64,000 nt of DNA from Rebecca billardiae RCC1528 (Eukaryota > Protista > Haptophyta), in the NCBI GenBank assembly GCA_965240325.2, contig OZ251247.1, forward strand, positions 496,001 to 560,000. Reading direction: 5' to 3'. Both the position numbers and the translations under genes were made by a program. A model generated the notes under the pieces. The model was not told the origin of the DNA. It saw only the letters and a list, made by a program, of their open reading frames with translations, and made no database searches. Below, one piece after another: positions 21,595-33,199 of this stretch. Each line of letters opens with the position of its first letter. Positions within the stretch are counted from its first letter, which is position 1.

Positions 21595-23067
21595 ATGACG
21601 ACGATGCAAGACGCGGCGACGGCGGCGCCGCGGCTGGCTGACCTGCCCGCCGAGGTCATCGAGCGCATTCTCCACGCACTTGACTCGCCTCGACACCTCG
21701 CCGCCGCCAACGCCGCCTCACGCCTCTTCCGTGGCGCGCCGGGCGGCCGCTCGCCGGTCGAGCACGCGCTGCGCAAGCGCGCGCGCGCGCGCGGGCACGA
21801 CCGCGCGCTGCCGCCGACGCTGCCCTCCGGCGTGCGCACGTGGGCATATGAGCTGTTTCTGCGCGAGCGTGTGCTCGAGCTCGCATGCGTCCACGCATCC
21901 CCGGTCGCGTGCGGTGACAACTTCAGCGCGTTTGTGGACGCGGAGGGCGGGCTGCACACGTGCGGCGAAGAGAAGGCGCGGGACGAGAACACCGGGCGGC
22001 CGACGGGCGAGTATCGAGCGCGCGCTGCAGTGGGTCATGCCGGTGTACCGGTGGTGTCCCGGACGTCGCGCGTCGCTTCGCTCAGCGCAGTGCGCGTGCG
22101 TTCTGTGGCGGCGGGCTGGACGCACCTGCTCGCGCTGAGCGATGCCGGCGCCGTGTACGGCTGCGGCTACAACAAGTACGGCCAGCTGGGGCTAGGGGAC
22201 ACGGAGGGGCGGCGGTCGTTCGTTCCGCTGGAGGCAATGCGGCGTGAGTCCGTCGTGGGCATCGCGGCCGGCATCCACCACAGCGTCGCGCTCACCGCCG
22301 CTGGGTGCGCGTACAGCTGGGGCGACAACGAGTGCGGCCAGCTCGGCCATGGCGACACGAAGGAGCGGTGGGAGCCGACCCGCATCGAGGCACTGGACGG
22401 CGTGCGCGTGGGCGGGATGGCCGCGGGGGGTGGGCACACGCTGCTTCTGACCACGCGCGGCGCCGTCTACTCGTGCGGCAGCGGATGGGACGGCCGTCTC
22501 GGCCACGGCGACGAGCAGCAGCAGCACACGCCGAGGCGCATCGAGGCGCTCGCTGGCGTGCGCGCCGTGCACGTGAGCGCGGGCGGCGCGCACAGCCTGG
22601 TGGTGGACGCGTCGGGCTGCGTGCATGGCGTCGGGGCTGCATCCTGCGGCTGTCTGGGCACCGTTGGCGACACGAGTGTCGCCCATAGGCAGCCCACGCG
22701 CATAGAGGCGCTCGCGGGTGTGAGCGCTGTCCGCGCGTGCGCTGGCACAGCCAGCAGCGCGGTGCTGGGCGCAGACGGCAGCGTGCACACGTTTGGGGAC
22801 AACCGGCACGGCCAGCTGGGGCACGAGGGCTCTGGCGAGATGCAGCTGCCCACGCGTGTGCACGCGCTCGCGCACGCGTGCGTCACGGTCTGTTCGCTCG
22901 GCGTTGCCCACGCGCTGTACGTCACCGCTGACGGCAGCGTGCACTCGTGCGGTCAGCAGTCGGCAGCGCTCGGCCACGGGCACGGCGTCTGCATCAGCAT
23001 GGCCGCCGAGCCCGAGGAGGGATCGCTGCGGACGCCCACGCGCATCGAGCAGCTGCCGCGTTTGTGA
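21595..23067 (+). CDS. F-box-like + 7x RCC1-repeat protein (copy 5, about 490 aa)
   Basis: MTTMQDAATAAPRLADLPAEVIERILHAL..., then seven RCC1 blades. The upstream part of the tracked ORF lies inside the transposon arm. Confidence 0.9.
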   Translation: MTTMQDAATAAPRLADLPAEVIERILHALDSPRHLAAANAASRLFRGAPGGRSPVEHALRKRARARGHDRALPPTLPSGVRTWAYELFLRERVLELACVHASPVACGDNFSAFVDAEGGLHTCGEEKARDENTGRPTGEYRARAAVGHAGVPVVSRTSRVASLSAVRVRSVAAGWTHLLALSDAGAVYGCGYNKYGQLGLGDTEGRRSFVPLEAMRRESVVGIAAGIHHSVALTAAGCAYSWGDNECGQLGHGDTKERWEPTRIEALDGVRVGGMAAGGGHTLLLTTRGAVYSCGSGWDGRLGHGDEQQQHTPRRIEALAGVRAVHVSAGGAHSLVVDASGCVHGVGAASCGCLGTVGDTSVAHRQPTRIEALAGVSAVRACAGTASSAVLGADGSVHTFGDNRHGQLGHEGSGEMQLPTRVHALAHACVTVCSLGVAHALYVTADGSVHSCGQQSAALGHGHGVCISMAAEPEEGSLRTPTRIEQLPRL

Positions 23068-23416
23068 CACACGGTGCGGTCGGCTCGGCGTCAGCGCTGC
23101 GCGTTGGGAGCTGCGGCGCTGTGTGAGACGCAGACTATGCTGAATCTAGCTGCATGCGTGCCCTCGGTCAACCTCGGTGGCAGTCTGAGCAAAGGACCAT
23201 GTCTGGTGCGATAAACACCGAAGGCTGCTGGCAGCTTACTAATCAGAAGATGGCTCAAACAACCAGAGGTCACAGCACACCATGCATCGTGCCCGGACCG
23301 TGCGCGGTCCGGCAGTGCACAGACTCACAGTGGACCGGATGTTCTTCCGGGTGAGGCGGCACTCGCCGCCGCAAGGGAAAGCGCATCAGCAGGCGGCTCC
23401 GAGTCGCAGCTGCATC

Positions 23417-26400
23417 ATGGAGACAGGGTCCAGCCCTCGTGGCTCGATGGCCCGCTGGCGCTCTGGCCTACCTCAGTCGGCCCTTCGGGAGTCTGTGAGG
23501 GTTGCCTGCAACCTGCAACCGGGAAGCTCACGCCGCATATCGCGGTGCTGCAGCGGACGGTTTGGGCGTGTGCGCCCTTGTGGCCGCCGCCGTTGTCTCA
23601 TGGAGACAGGGTCCAGCCCTCGTGGCTCGATGGCCCGCTGGTGCTCTGGCCTGCCTCAGTCGGCTCTTCGTGAGTCGGTGAGGGTTGCCTGCAACCTGCA
23701 ACCGGGAAGCTCACGCCGCATATCGCGGTGCTGCAGCGGACGGTCTGGGCGTGTGCGCCCTTGTGGCCGCCGCCGTCGTCTCATGGAGACAGGGTCCAGC
23801 CCTCGTGGCTCGATGGCCCGCTGGTGCTCTGGCCTGCCTCAGTCGGCTCTTCGTGAGTCGGTGAGGGTTGCCTGCAACCTGCAACAGGGAAGCTCACGCC
23901 GCATATCGCGGTGCTGCAGCGGACGGTCTGGGCGTGTGCGCCCTCGTGGCCGCCGCCGTCGTCTCATGGAGACAGGGTCCAGCCCTCGTGGCTCGATGGC
24001 CCGCTGGTGCTCTGGCCTACCTCAGTCGGTCCTTCGGGAGTCGGTGAGGGTTGCCTGCACCTGCAACCGGGAAGCTCACGCAGCGTACAGCTGTGCTGCA
24101 GCGGCCGGTTTGGGTGTGTGTGCCCTTGTGGCCGCCGCCGTTGTCTCATGGAGACAGGGTCCAGCCCTCGTGGCTCGATGGCTCGCTGGTGCTCTGGCCT
24201 ACCTCAGTCGGCTCTTCGTGAGTCGGTGAGGGTTGCCTGTAACCTGCAACCGGGAAGCTCACGCCGCATATCGCGGTGCTGCAGCGGACGGTCTGGGCGT
24301 GTGCGCCCTTGTGGCCGCCGCCGTTGTCTCATGGAGACAGGGTCCAGCCCTCGTGGCTCGATGGCCCGCTGGTGCTCTGGCCTGCCTCAGTCGGCTCTTC
24401 GTGAGTCGGTGAGGGTTGCCTGCAACCTGCAACCGGGAAGCTCACGCCGCATATCGCGGTGCTGCAGCGGACGGTCTGGGCGTGTGCGCCCTTGTGGCAG
24501 CAGCCGTTGTCTCATGGAGACAGGGTCCAGCCCTCGTGGCTCGATGGCCCGCTGGTGCTCTGGCCTGCCTCAGTCGGTCCTTCGGGAGTCGGTGAGGGTT
24601 GCCTGCACCTGCAACCGGGAAGCTCACGCAGCGTACAGCTGTGCTGCAGCGGCCGGTTTGGGTGTGTGTGCCCTTGTGGCCGCCACCGTTGTCTCATGGA
24701 GACAGGGTCCAGCCCTCGTGGCTCGATGGCTCGCTGGTGCTCTGGCCTACCTCAGTCGGCTCTTCGTGAGTCGGTGAGGGTTGCCTGCAACCTGCAACCG
24801 GGAAGCTCACGCCGCATATCGCGGTGCTGCAGCTGACGGTTTGGGCGTGTGCGCCCTTGTGGCCGCCGCCGTTGTCTCATGGAGACAGGGTCCAGCCCTC
24901 GTGGCTCGATGGCCCGCTGGTGCTCTGGCCTGCCTCAGTCGGCTCTTCGTGAGTCGGTGAGGGTTGCCTGCAACCTGCAACCGGGAAGCTCACGCCGCAT
25001 ATCGCGGTGCTGCAGCGGACGGTCTGGGCGTGTGCGCCCTCGTGGCCGCCGCCGTCGTCTCATGGAGACAGGGTCCAGCCCTCGTGGCTCGATGGCCCGC
25101 TGGTGCTCTGGCCTGCCTCAGTCGGCTCTTCGTGAGTCGGTGAGGGTTGCCTGCAACCTGCAACCGGGAAGCTCACGCAGCGTACAGCTGTGCTGCAGCG
25201 GCCGGTTTGGGTGTGTATGCCCTTGTGGCCGCCGCCGTTGTCTCATGGAGACAGGGTCCAGCCCTCGTGGCTCGATGGCCCGCTGGTGCTCTGGCCTGCC
25301 TCAGTCGGCTCTTCGTGAGTCGGTGAGGGTTGCCTGCAACCTGCAACCGGGAAGCTCACGCCGCATATCGCGGTGCTGCAGCGGACGGTCTGGGCGTGTG
25401 CGCCCTCGTGGCCGCCGCCGTCGTCTCATGGAGACAGGGTCCAGCCCTCGTGGCTCGATGGCCCGCTGGTGCTCTGGCCTACCTCAGTCGGTCCTTCGGG
25501 AGTCGGTGAGGGTTGCCTGCACCTGCAACCGGGAAGCTCACGCAGCGTACAGCTGTGCTGCAGCGGCCGGTTTGGGTGTGTATGCCCTTGTGGCCGCCGC
25601 CGTTGTCTCATGGAGACAGGGTCCAGCCCTCGTGGCTCGATGGCCAGCTGGTGCTCTGGCCTGCCTCAGTCCCAGGCTCTTCGTGAGTCGGTGAGGGTTG
25701 CCTGCAACCGCCTGCAACCTGGAAGCTCACGCAGCATTACATTGCGGTGCTGAGGCGCGGCGGACGGTCTGGGCGTGTGTGCCCTGGTGGCCGCCGGCGC
25801 CGTTCAGTCTCATGCTGAGACACGCGGGCGGTCCCGGCAGGCCCGTGTGGCTCGATGGCCCGCTGATGCTCGGGCCTACCTCAGTCCCGGGCTCTTCGTA
25901 AGTCGGTGAGGGTTGCCTGCAACCGCCTGCAACCTGGAAGCTCACACAGCACAACGCGCAAGGCGGTGCTGAGGCGCAGACGGTCTGTATGTGTGTGCCC
26001 TCGTGGCCGCCGCAGTTGTCTCATTATGATGACAAGTAACTGTAACTGCTATGAACTGGACAGGGTCCAGCCCGCGTGGCTCGATGGCCCGCAGATGCTT
26101 GGGCCTACCTCAGTCCCGGGCTCTTCGTGAGTCGGTGAGGGCGTTGCCTGCAACCGCCTGCAACCCCTGGAAGCTCACGCTGACACGCAGCACATTGCGC
26201 GGTGCTGTTCGGCGCGCGGACGGTCTGGGCGTGTGCGCCCTGGTGGCCACCGCCATCATGTCTCATGGAGACAGGGTCCAGTCATCTTGGCTTGATGGCC
26301 CGCTGCTGGTGCTCGGGCCTCCCTCAGTCGGCTCTTCGTGAGTCGTCGGTGAGGGTTGCCTGCAGCCTTTACCTCATTCGACCCTTCGTGCGTCTGTGAG

Positions 26401-26812
26401 GGTTGCATGCCTGCGACTTGCAGCTGAAAAGCTCGCGCAGCATCACTGCAGCATGCAGCGGTGGCTGCAGCTTACGGTCTGGGCCGATGAGTGTGCCCTG
26501 GTGGCAGCTGCGTTGTCTCATGGAGACAGGGCCCAGCCCTCATGGCTCGATGGCCAGCTGGTGCTCTGGCCTCCCTCAGTAGGCCCTCCGGGAGTCGGTG
26601 AGGCTGGCCGAGTGCAGCCTGCAACCAGGACTGGCTCACGCTGCATACTGAAGCTGGGCTGCAGCGGGCGCGGGTCCGGTCCGAGTGGGCGTGTGCGCCC
26701 TCTGGGCAGTTATCTCCTCATGGAGATAGGTTTCAGCCCTCGTGGCTCGATGGCCAGCTGGTGCTCGGGCCTACCTCACTCGGCTCTTCGTGAGTCGGTG
26801 AGGGGTGCCTGC
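23417..26812 (+). repeat. Tandem array of a 182/183-bp unit, about 18 copies, homogeneous on the left and degenerate on the right
   Basis: Units start ATGGAGACAGGGTCCAGCC at 23417, 23600, 23783, 23966, 24148, 24331, 24514, 24696, 24879, 25062, 25245, 25428 and 25610, then decayed copies follow. Confidence 0.95.
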
Positions 26813-27849
26813 ATCAAGGCTCGAGCAGTTCGCGTGCGCTGGACTGACTCGTGCGCACTAGCGGTGGGGCATGCCATTGAGCACACCGGCGGTCAATGGA
26901 CCGACTCGCCAGCGGGGAGGCAGGACTACTCGAACAAGGGACTGCCCCCGCTGCCGCAGCCAGTGCCAGCAGTGGCACTGGCAGCGCAGATAGCACCTGA
27001 TGGTGCTATCTGGCCGGTGATGGCCATCAGGTGCGCATGCTCCACTGATGCATGCGGCACTGTGCTGCATCATACATACTATGCAGCGAGCAGGCCAGAA
27101 GTGGCCGAGCAGACCTCTGCAGTCTCCCTGTGCGCCATCTGAGGCAGCGATGGGAAGGGATGACGCCGGGTGCGGGCAACCGCAGTGGCCAGGAGGGCAA
27201 TCAATGGGGCTAGGGCGGCCACACGCCCGCACTCACACCCGGCCGGCGCGGCTGCTGCCGACAGCGCAGCGCCGGTCGGCAGGATGAATGCGGGCGGAGG
27301 GGCCGTCCGTTCCTGGCAATGCCTCATCCCTCTAATCCCATGCAAGCCTCCGCTTAAGGCGGCAGGCAAGGCATAGGGTCTGCTCATCTCTATTCCATAT
27401 GCTGATCATCAGCAGTTGGATAAGTGATATGGTTGATTGGCTGACAGCCACGTCAGCGCCGCCGTTGAGGCCCATTTGAGATGGGCAGCGCAGCTGACTC
27501 AGTCAGGGGACCTGGTTGACCCAGATGCCTGATTAGTGGTGCGATAAACACCGAAGGCTGGTGGCAGCTTACTAATCAGAAGATGGCTCAAACAACCAGA
27601 GGTCACAGCACACCATGCATCGTGCCCGGACCGTGCGCGGTCCGGCAGTGCACAGACTCACAGTGGACCGGATGTTCTTCCGGGTGAGGCGGCACTCGCC
27701 GCCGCAAGGGAAAGCGCATCAGCAGGCGGCTCCGAGTCGCAGCTGCATCGCGTCCCACCCAACCCACCCTACACAAGGAAGCTGCAGTGCAGTCATATCG
27801 TCTACTCATCATTGGACGTGTGATCCCCACCTGAGTCTGACCCTGCCTT

Positions 27850-28776
27850 GCGCTTCCCGCGGCCGTCGCCAGCCTTCGGCTTTGCTTCTGCTGCACATGG
27901 AGGAAGCGGCACCCCACCTTGGGGCAGCTGCCGCTCCGCTGGAACGAGTGGCACACGCCCGTGACTGGTCGTCTCGGAGCGCTGGCACGAGGGCCGTGTC
28001 GTTCACCTCGTCCAGCACCATGTGCTCAGGGAGCAGGGCACGCGCACTGCTCACGCCCCTCCGGCGATGGCACGGATGCCCCGGCGGCGAGGACGTCCGA
28101 GAACTGCGGGAACGGCGGCACTTGGCCGCCGGAGATCTCTCCGAGTGCCCGGGGAGCTTCTTCGAGGCGTTGAGCGGCCCGGGTAGCAGGACGATCGAGA
28201 CGGTCTGGTCGTTGACAAGGTGGGCCTCCTGCCACACGCAGCCTTTGGTCAGCAGCTGCTGGGGCTTCTCGTCCTTCGTGGGCCGCGACGGCTCCCGCTG
28301 GAGCCGAGGCGCCTCGTCACGCGGCGGTGGCAGTGTTGCGGGCGCCAACGTCGGCATGGCGGCGGCGGTGATCGTTGACATCTCCCGCTGCTCCGCCGAC
28401 CGATCGGCTGATCGTCACTTCGACTTGGCCGTTGCGGGCGGCCAGCGTCGCGCTCTCGAAGGCGTCCGCCCACGGGCCGTCGCCCGGGGCGGGCGCCGTC
28501 CTCAGCGTCTCGATCACCTGGTTCGTCAGGCCGCGGTCGCTCTCGGCGCCGGCGACCCCGAGCAGCTGCAGCAGGCGGCAGGCCGCGTGCCCGCAGCCCC
28601 TGACGGCAGCAGCGCGGCGGGCCGCGCGTGCGCGACGCACCCGGCGCCGGCTCGGCGCCGGTGGCGTCCAAGGCGAGTTTCACCGCCGCCACCGCGTTCG
28701 CGCGAGCGCGCGCCACTGCGGCCGCCAATTCGTCGGGCGCCAGCGGCGCGTCGGCGGGGTTGGGGACGGCTGCCAT
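27850..28776 (-). pseudogene. Frameshifted gag-like ORF ending in a CCCH zinc finger
   Basis: Fragments in several minus frames from MAAVPNPADAPL... to CHSFQRSGSCPKVGCRFLH. Located inside the retroelement. Confidence 0.45.
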
Positions 28777-29089
28777 CGGGGCGCTCGTTGCGCGGCGGCT
28801 GATTTCCCGCCCGCGGCCCCGGCCGCACGGTGACCCTGCGCACCCCGGACACCCGGGGTCTTTCGGTCCCGGATCGGCCGTCCGCACATGCGGCATGGCG
28901 GCCGGTGAGTTCGGCGTCGCAGCGGACGCACAGCGCCGGGAGGCGGTGCGCGCGCAACGCGACGTTATGCGCCGGCCGCCCGTCCACCAGGCGGCGACGT
29001 CGGTCATCCCAGGCCTGGTGGTGGCCACCGCATACCAGCGGCCGACGCTCAAGCAGCAGCAGTGGCACTCCCAGGATCGAGGCCGCGTG

Positions 29090-30640
29090 CCAGATGGAGC
29101 ACCCCTTCAACGCGCCTGTGCTCGGCCTGGCACTCGACATGCGCGCGGCGGCCTCGTGGATCTGTGCACCAAGAGGCACCTCGGTCCACGACGCCCGACT
29201 GGCTTGGTTCCACACCGTGAGAGGTGGCGGACAGCCTGTCTGGCTGGTCGGCTGAACTGCGTCAGCTCGGACCGGGTTCCATCAGCCGACCCGAGCGGGT
29301 CTTCGGAACGCGGAATGGTAAGACCGTCGGCAAGCCCCATGTGGCTTTCATCTGGTCTGCGGTGTCCAGTGCGTGGGCAATTGCGCGGACAGCGGAGTCT
29401 TCCGAGCAGATGCGCAGCACGCCTGCCTCCGCATGGCGGACCTGGATCACGCCGGGTGGGATGCGGCGGTGGAGGAGCAACTCCAATCCCAGGCTGCCGG
29501 CGCCGCTCACGCAGACGTCCTTGAAGCACTGTGGGCCCACGCCCAGCAGGAGGTGCAGGACTGATGGGCGGCGGAGATCGGCTCGTCGCCAGACGTCGAT
29601 CGCCTCTTCGGCAGGCACAAGTGGCGTGCCCATAATCCGCCGCGGGGTGCCACAAGGCGGCAGGGTCAGCCCATGTGACAACGCCAAGGCCTCCTTGCAC
29701 AACTCGTGTACAACGTTGCACGAACGGCTTCGGTGCACCTTGGGCGATTTCCCGGCAGGGGCGGCTGCCCTGTTCAGCGACGTGCTGGGACAGCTGGGCC
29801 ACTCTGGATGGTCTATGATGCTGGGCATCGAGGACATGGAAGCAGGGTATCGCCTGATCCAGTGCTCTCAGCCACGATTCACGTTGCTCGCGCACTGGGA
29901 CCCATTCCGCTGACGTGTGGTGTTCTTTCGCCTCCAGGGGTCAACTCTGGCCTGAAGAGCGCGGTCATCCAATTCAATCGCCTGGCTGAGTTCGTCACCA
30001 GGGTCGCAGTGCTGGCGCTTCCCATCTGTGTGGGGCACTACTTTGAGTAGGACTTTGCTGTGTGTGAGCCCACCTTTGCGAAAGGAGGGCAGGGGCTGCT
30101 GGTGGACCTGGGCCTCCTTATGGGCTTCCAGTTCAACCAGGCCAAGTCTGGTGAAAACCTTCCTAAGGGTCATACACGACTTCTCTGCTTTTGCTCGCAG
30201 CGGCGAGCTCAGGTGCAGCGTGCATGCTGACAGGATCTCTTTGCTGGTGGATACCATCGAATCCATCCTTGCAGCAGGTTGCATTGCCAAACAGTCGGAC
30301 ATGGGCAGCCTTCTGGGCAAGCTGCAGTGGGCTTCTTACCGCTTCTGCAGGGCCGCCCTGCAGCCTCTGTTCAGCAGGGCTCTCTCTGGGAAGGATCACT
30401 TCCAGCACTAGTCGGGGGCAGTGATGGACTCTCGCCAATCTATGGCCTCTCTCCTATTCATGGCCGTCATGCTGGGGGCCCTGCGCCCCCTGGTCTTCGG
30501 CTTCCGAAAGCACAGGCTTGTCAACACGAGTGCCTTGGCAGGTCTGCTCACTGGCTACTCTGGTGTGCGCGACTCGGCCCACATTGTGCACTCGTTCTGG
30601 GCCTTGGCAGCTGCTTTGCGCTGTGAGGTCTGGTCGACTA
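29090..30640 (+). pseudogene. Reverse transcriptase-RNase H pseudogene of DIRS/Ngaro type
   Basis: RRGVPQGGRVSPCDNAKASLHN, EDMEAGYR, GLKSAVIQFNR, HYFE*DF (broken YxDD at about 30036-30056), SLLGKLQW, NTSALAGLLTGYSG..DSAHIVHSFWALAAAL..VW. Multiple frameshifts and stops. Confidence 0.8.
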
Positions 30641-31363
30641 TGGGCAAGTACATGGTCCAGCCACGCTGGTGTCGGGGACGCTGCAGCGTGCTGCAGGCCC
30701 TCGCCCTGTCACCTGGCAGCCGGCATCAACGCCAGGCGGGCAGGTGTCAGGGCAGGGCAGGGCTGGCGGCCCGCGGCGTGCCCGGCCTGGCCGGGCACGC
30801 CGTCAGCGGATAGGATCCGGCAGGACGTGAGCTCAGCTCCCTCCTGTCGGCGGCCGTCCGCAGGGCTGCTGGCAGCGGTGCTGGGCCTGTTGAGGGCTGC
30901 GGCACCGAGGTCGCCCGCCCGAGGGCGGGCGACAGGGGAGGGGCTAGGGCGGCCACACGCCCGCACTCACACCCGGCCGGCGCGGCTGCTGCCGACAGCG
31001 CAGCGCCGGTCGGCAGGATGAATGCGGGCGGAGGGGCCGTCCGTTCCTGGCAATGCCTCATCCCTCTAATCCCATGCAAGCCTCCGCTTAAGGCGGCAGG
31101 CAAGGCATAGGGTCTGCTCATCTCTATTCCATATGCTGATCATCAGCAGTTGGATAAGTGATATGGTTGATTGGCTGACAGCCACGTCAGCGGCGCCGTT
31201 GAGGCCCATTTGAGATGGGCAGCGCAGCTGACTCAGTCAGGGGACCTGGTTGACCCAGATGCCTGATTAGTGAGTCTCCTCTCGGATCCGGTCCGGTCCG
31301 GCCGGGTTGGCAAGCGGCCAAGCGAGCCGCGAGGGTTGAACGCCGCGGCCGCGTTCGAGCGGG

Positions 31364-32818
31364 ATGGCGGGCACGGACCAGGCGCCCGCGCGACCTCGCG
31401 CGCTCGACGACCTGCCTGCAGAGGTGCTCGACCGCATCATCACGCCCCTGCCGCGGCGTGACATCGCCAGTTTGAACGCCACCGCGCGCCTCTTCCACGC
31501 CGCGCCGCCCGGCGGGTCCTCGCCGGTCGAGCACGCGCTGCGCGAGCGCGCGCGCGCGCGGGGGCACGATCGCGCGCTGCCGCCGACTCTGCCCGCGCAC
31601 GCGTCGACCTGGGCGGCGGAGCTGTTCGCGCGCGAGCGCGTGCTCGAGCTCGCGTGCACGCACGCATCTCCCGTGGCGGCCGGTGACCGCTTCAGCGCGT
31701 TTGTGGACGCGGAGGGCGGGCTGCACACGTGCGGCGAGGAGGAGGAGGAGGACGAGGACTGGGGGGTGCCGACGGGCGAGTATCGAGTGCCCAGTGTGAT
31801 CAGCCACCCAGACGCCCAGGGGGTGCTCGTGCCGACGCGCGTCGCCTCGCTCTCCGCGGTGCGCGTGGTCGCGGTGGCGGCAGGCAGCTTCCACCTGCTC
31901 GCGCTGAGCGAGGCCGGCGCCGTGTACGGCTGCGGCCGCAACAGCTTCTGCCAGCTTGGGCTTGCGTACAAGGACGAGCTGCGTTCGTTCGCTCTCGTCG
32001 TGGCTTTGCGGCATGCGCCCATTGTGGGCATTGCTGCCGGCGGATTCCACAGCCTCGCGCTCACCGTCGCTGGTGCCGTGTACAGCTGGGGCTTCAACGT
32101 CCACGGCCAGCTCGGCCACGGTGACAAGAAGGACCGGCGGGAGCCGACGCGCATCGAGGCGCTGGACGGCGTGCGCATCGGCGGAGTGGCCGCTGGGTAT
32201 TTGCACACGCTGCTCGTGACCACGCGTGGTGCCGTCTACTCGTGCGGCTATGGCTACGACGGCCAGCTCGGCCACGGCGCTGAGCATGAGCAGCACACGA
32301 CGAGGCGCATCGAGGCGCTCGCGGGCGTGCGCGCCGTGCACGTGAGCACGAGCGATGGTCACAACCTGGTGGTGGACGCGGCGGGCTGCGTGCACTCGTT
32401 CGGGTATGGGCGCTCTGGGCAGCTCGGGCACGGCAATGATATCACCCAGTGGGTGCCCATGCCCATTGCCGCGCTTGCAAGCGTGCGCGCCGTGCGCGCG
32501 TGCGCTGGCTCCTCCAGCAGTGCGGTGGTGTGCGCGGACGGCAGCGTGCACACGTTCGGGAACAACGAGTACGGCCAGCTGGGGTACGAGGGCGCCGGTG
32601 GGTTGCAGCTGCCCACGCGTGTGCACGCGCTCGCGCATGCGCGCGTCACGCGCTGCTCTCTCGCTTCTGACCACGCGCTGTACGTCACCGCTGACGGCAG
32701 CGTGCACTCGTGCGGTCAGCACTCCGCAGCGCTCGGCCACGGCGTCAGCATGGCCGCCGAGCCCGAGGCGGGGTCGGTGCGGACGCCCACGCGCATCGAG
32801 CAGCTGCCGCGTTTGTGA
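31364..32818 (+). CDS. F-box-like + 7x RCC1-repeat protein (copy 6, 484 aa)
   Basis: LDDLPAEVLDRIITPLPRRDIASLNATARLF, then seven RCC1 blades. Confidence 0.9.
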   Translation: MAGTDQAPARPRALDDLPAEVLDRIITPLPRRDIASLNATARLFHAAPPGGSSPVEHALRERARARGHDRALPPTLPAHASTWAAELFARERVLELACTHASPVAAGDRFSAFVDAEGGLHTCGEEEEEDEDWGVPTGEYRVPSVISHPDAQGVLVPTRVASLSAVRVVAVAAGSFHLLALSEAGAVYGCGRNSFCQLGLAYKDELRSFALVVALRHAPIVGIAAGGFHSLALTVAGAVYSWGFNVHGQLGHGDKKDRREPTRIEALDGVRIGGVAAGYLHTLLVTTRGAVYSCGYGYDGQLGHGAEHEQHTTRRIEALAGVRAVHVSTSDGHNLVVDAAGCVHSFGYGRSGQLGHGNDITQWVPMPIAALASVRAVRACAGSSSSAVVCADGSVHTFGNNEYGQLGYEGAGGLQLPTRVHALAHARVTRCSLASDHALYVTADGSVHSCGQHSAALGHGVSMAAEPEAGSVRTPTRIEQLPRL

Positions 32819-33199
32819 CACGCGGGTCGTCAATGGTATTATTATGACAATGAGCCCTGTGCGTTGCGGATCGGGCTGCGGCGCTGAGTGCGTGTCAACT
32901 CACTCACCGTGAAGCTGAATAGCGGCTGCCTGCGGCCCTCGGCCCGTCCGCGGCCCGGCCTGCAGTCGCCAGTCGCCAGTCGCCACTAGCACTTGCTGGC
33001 GGCCTTCGAACGTGCCAGTGCGGCTTTCAGCTTGGCCGCTTGGGCCAAGACAGACGACGGTTGGCGCCGGGGCAAGGGACCCTCCCTTGGCCGGGGAGTG
33101 GTCAACGGTCATCACACCGGACTTTCCGGACTCACCAACGCCGGCCGGGCCGCACTGTGCCGCGCAACGACGCTTCGCCCGCGCGAACAGCCCCGAGCT

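Larger units (their letters stand above)
23204..31272 (+). mobile_element. Decayed DIRS-order (PAT/Ngaro-like) retrotransposon with split direct repeats A1..B1A2..B2
   Basis: A1 23204-23416 = A2 27537-27749 (213 bp). B1 27206-27538 = B2 30940-31272 (333 bp). No classical TSD, only a shared TG. RT/RNase H remnants lie inside. Confidence 0.8.

Noticed and set aside
23417-26812. CRISPR array
   Set aside because: Whole units repeat with no unique spacers, there are no cas genes, and the context is eukaryotic.
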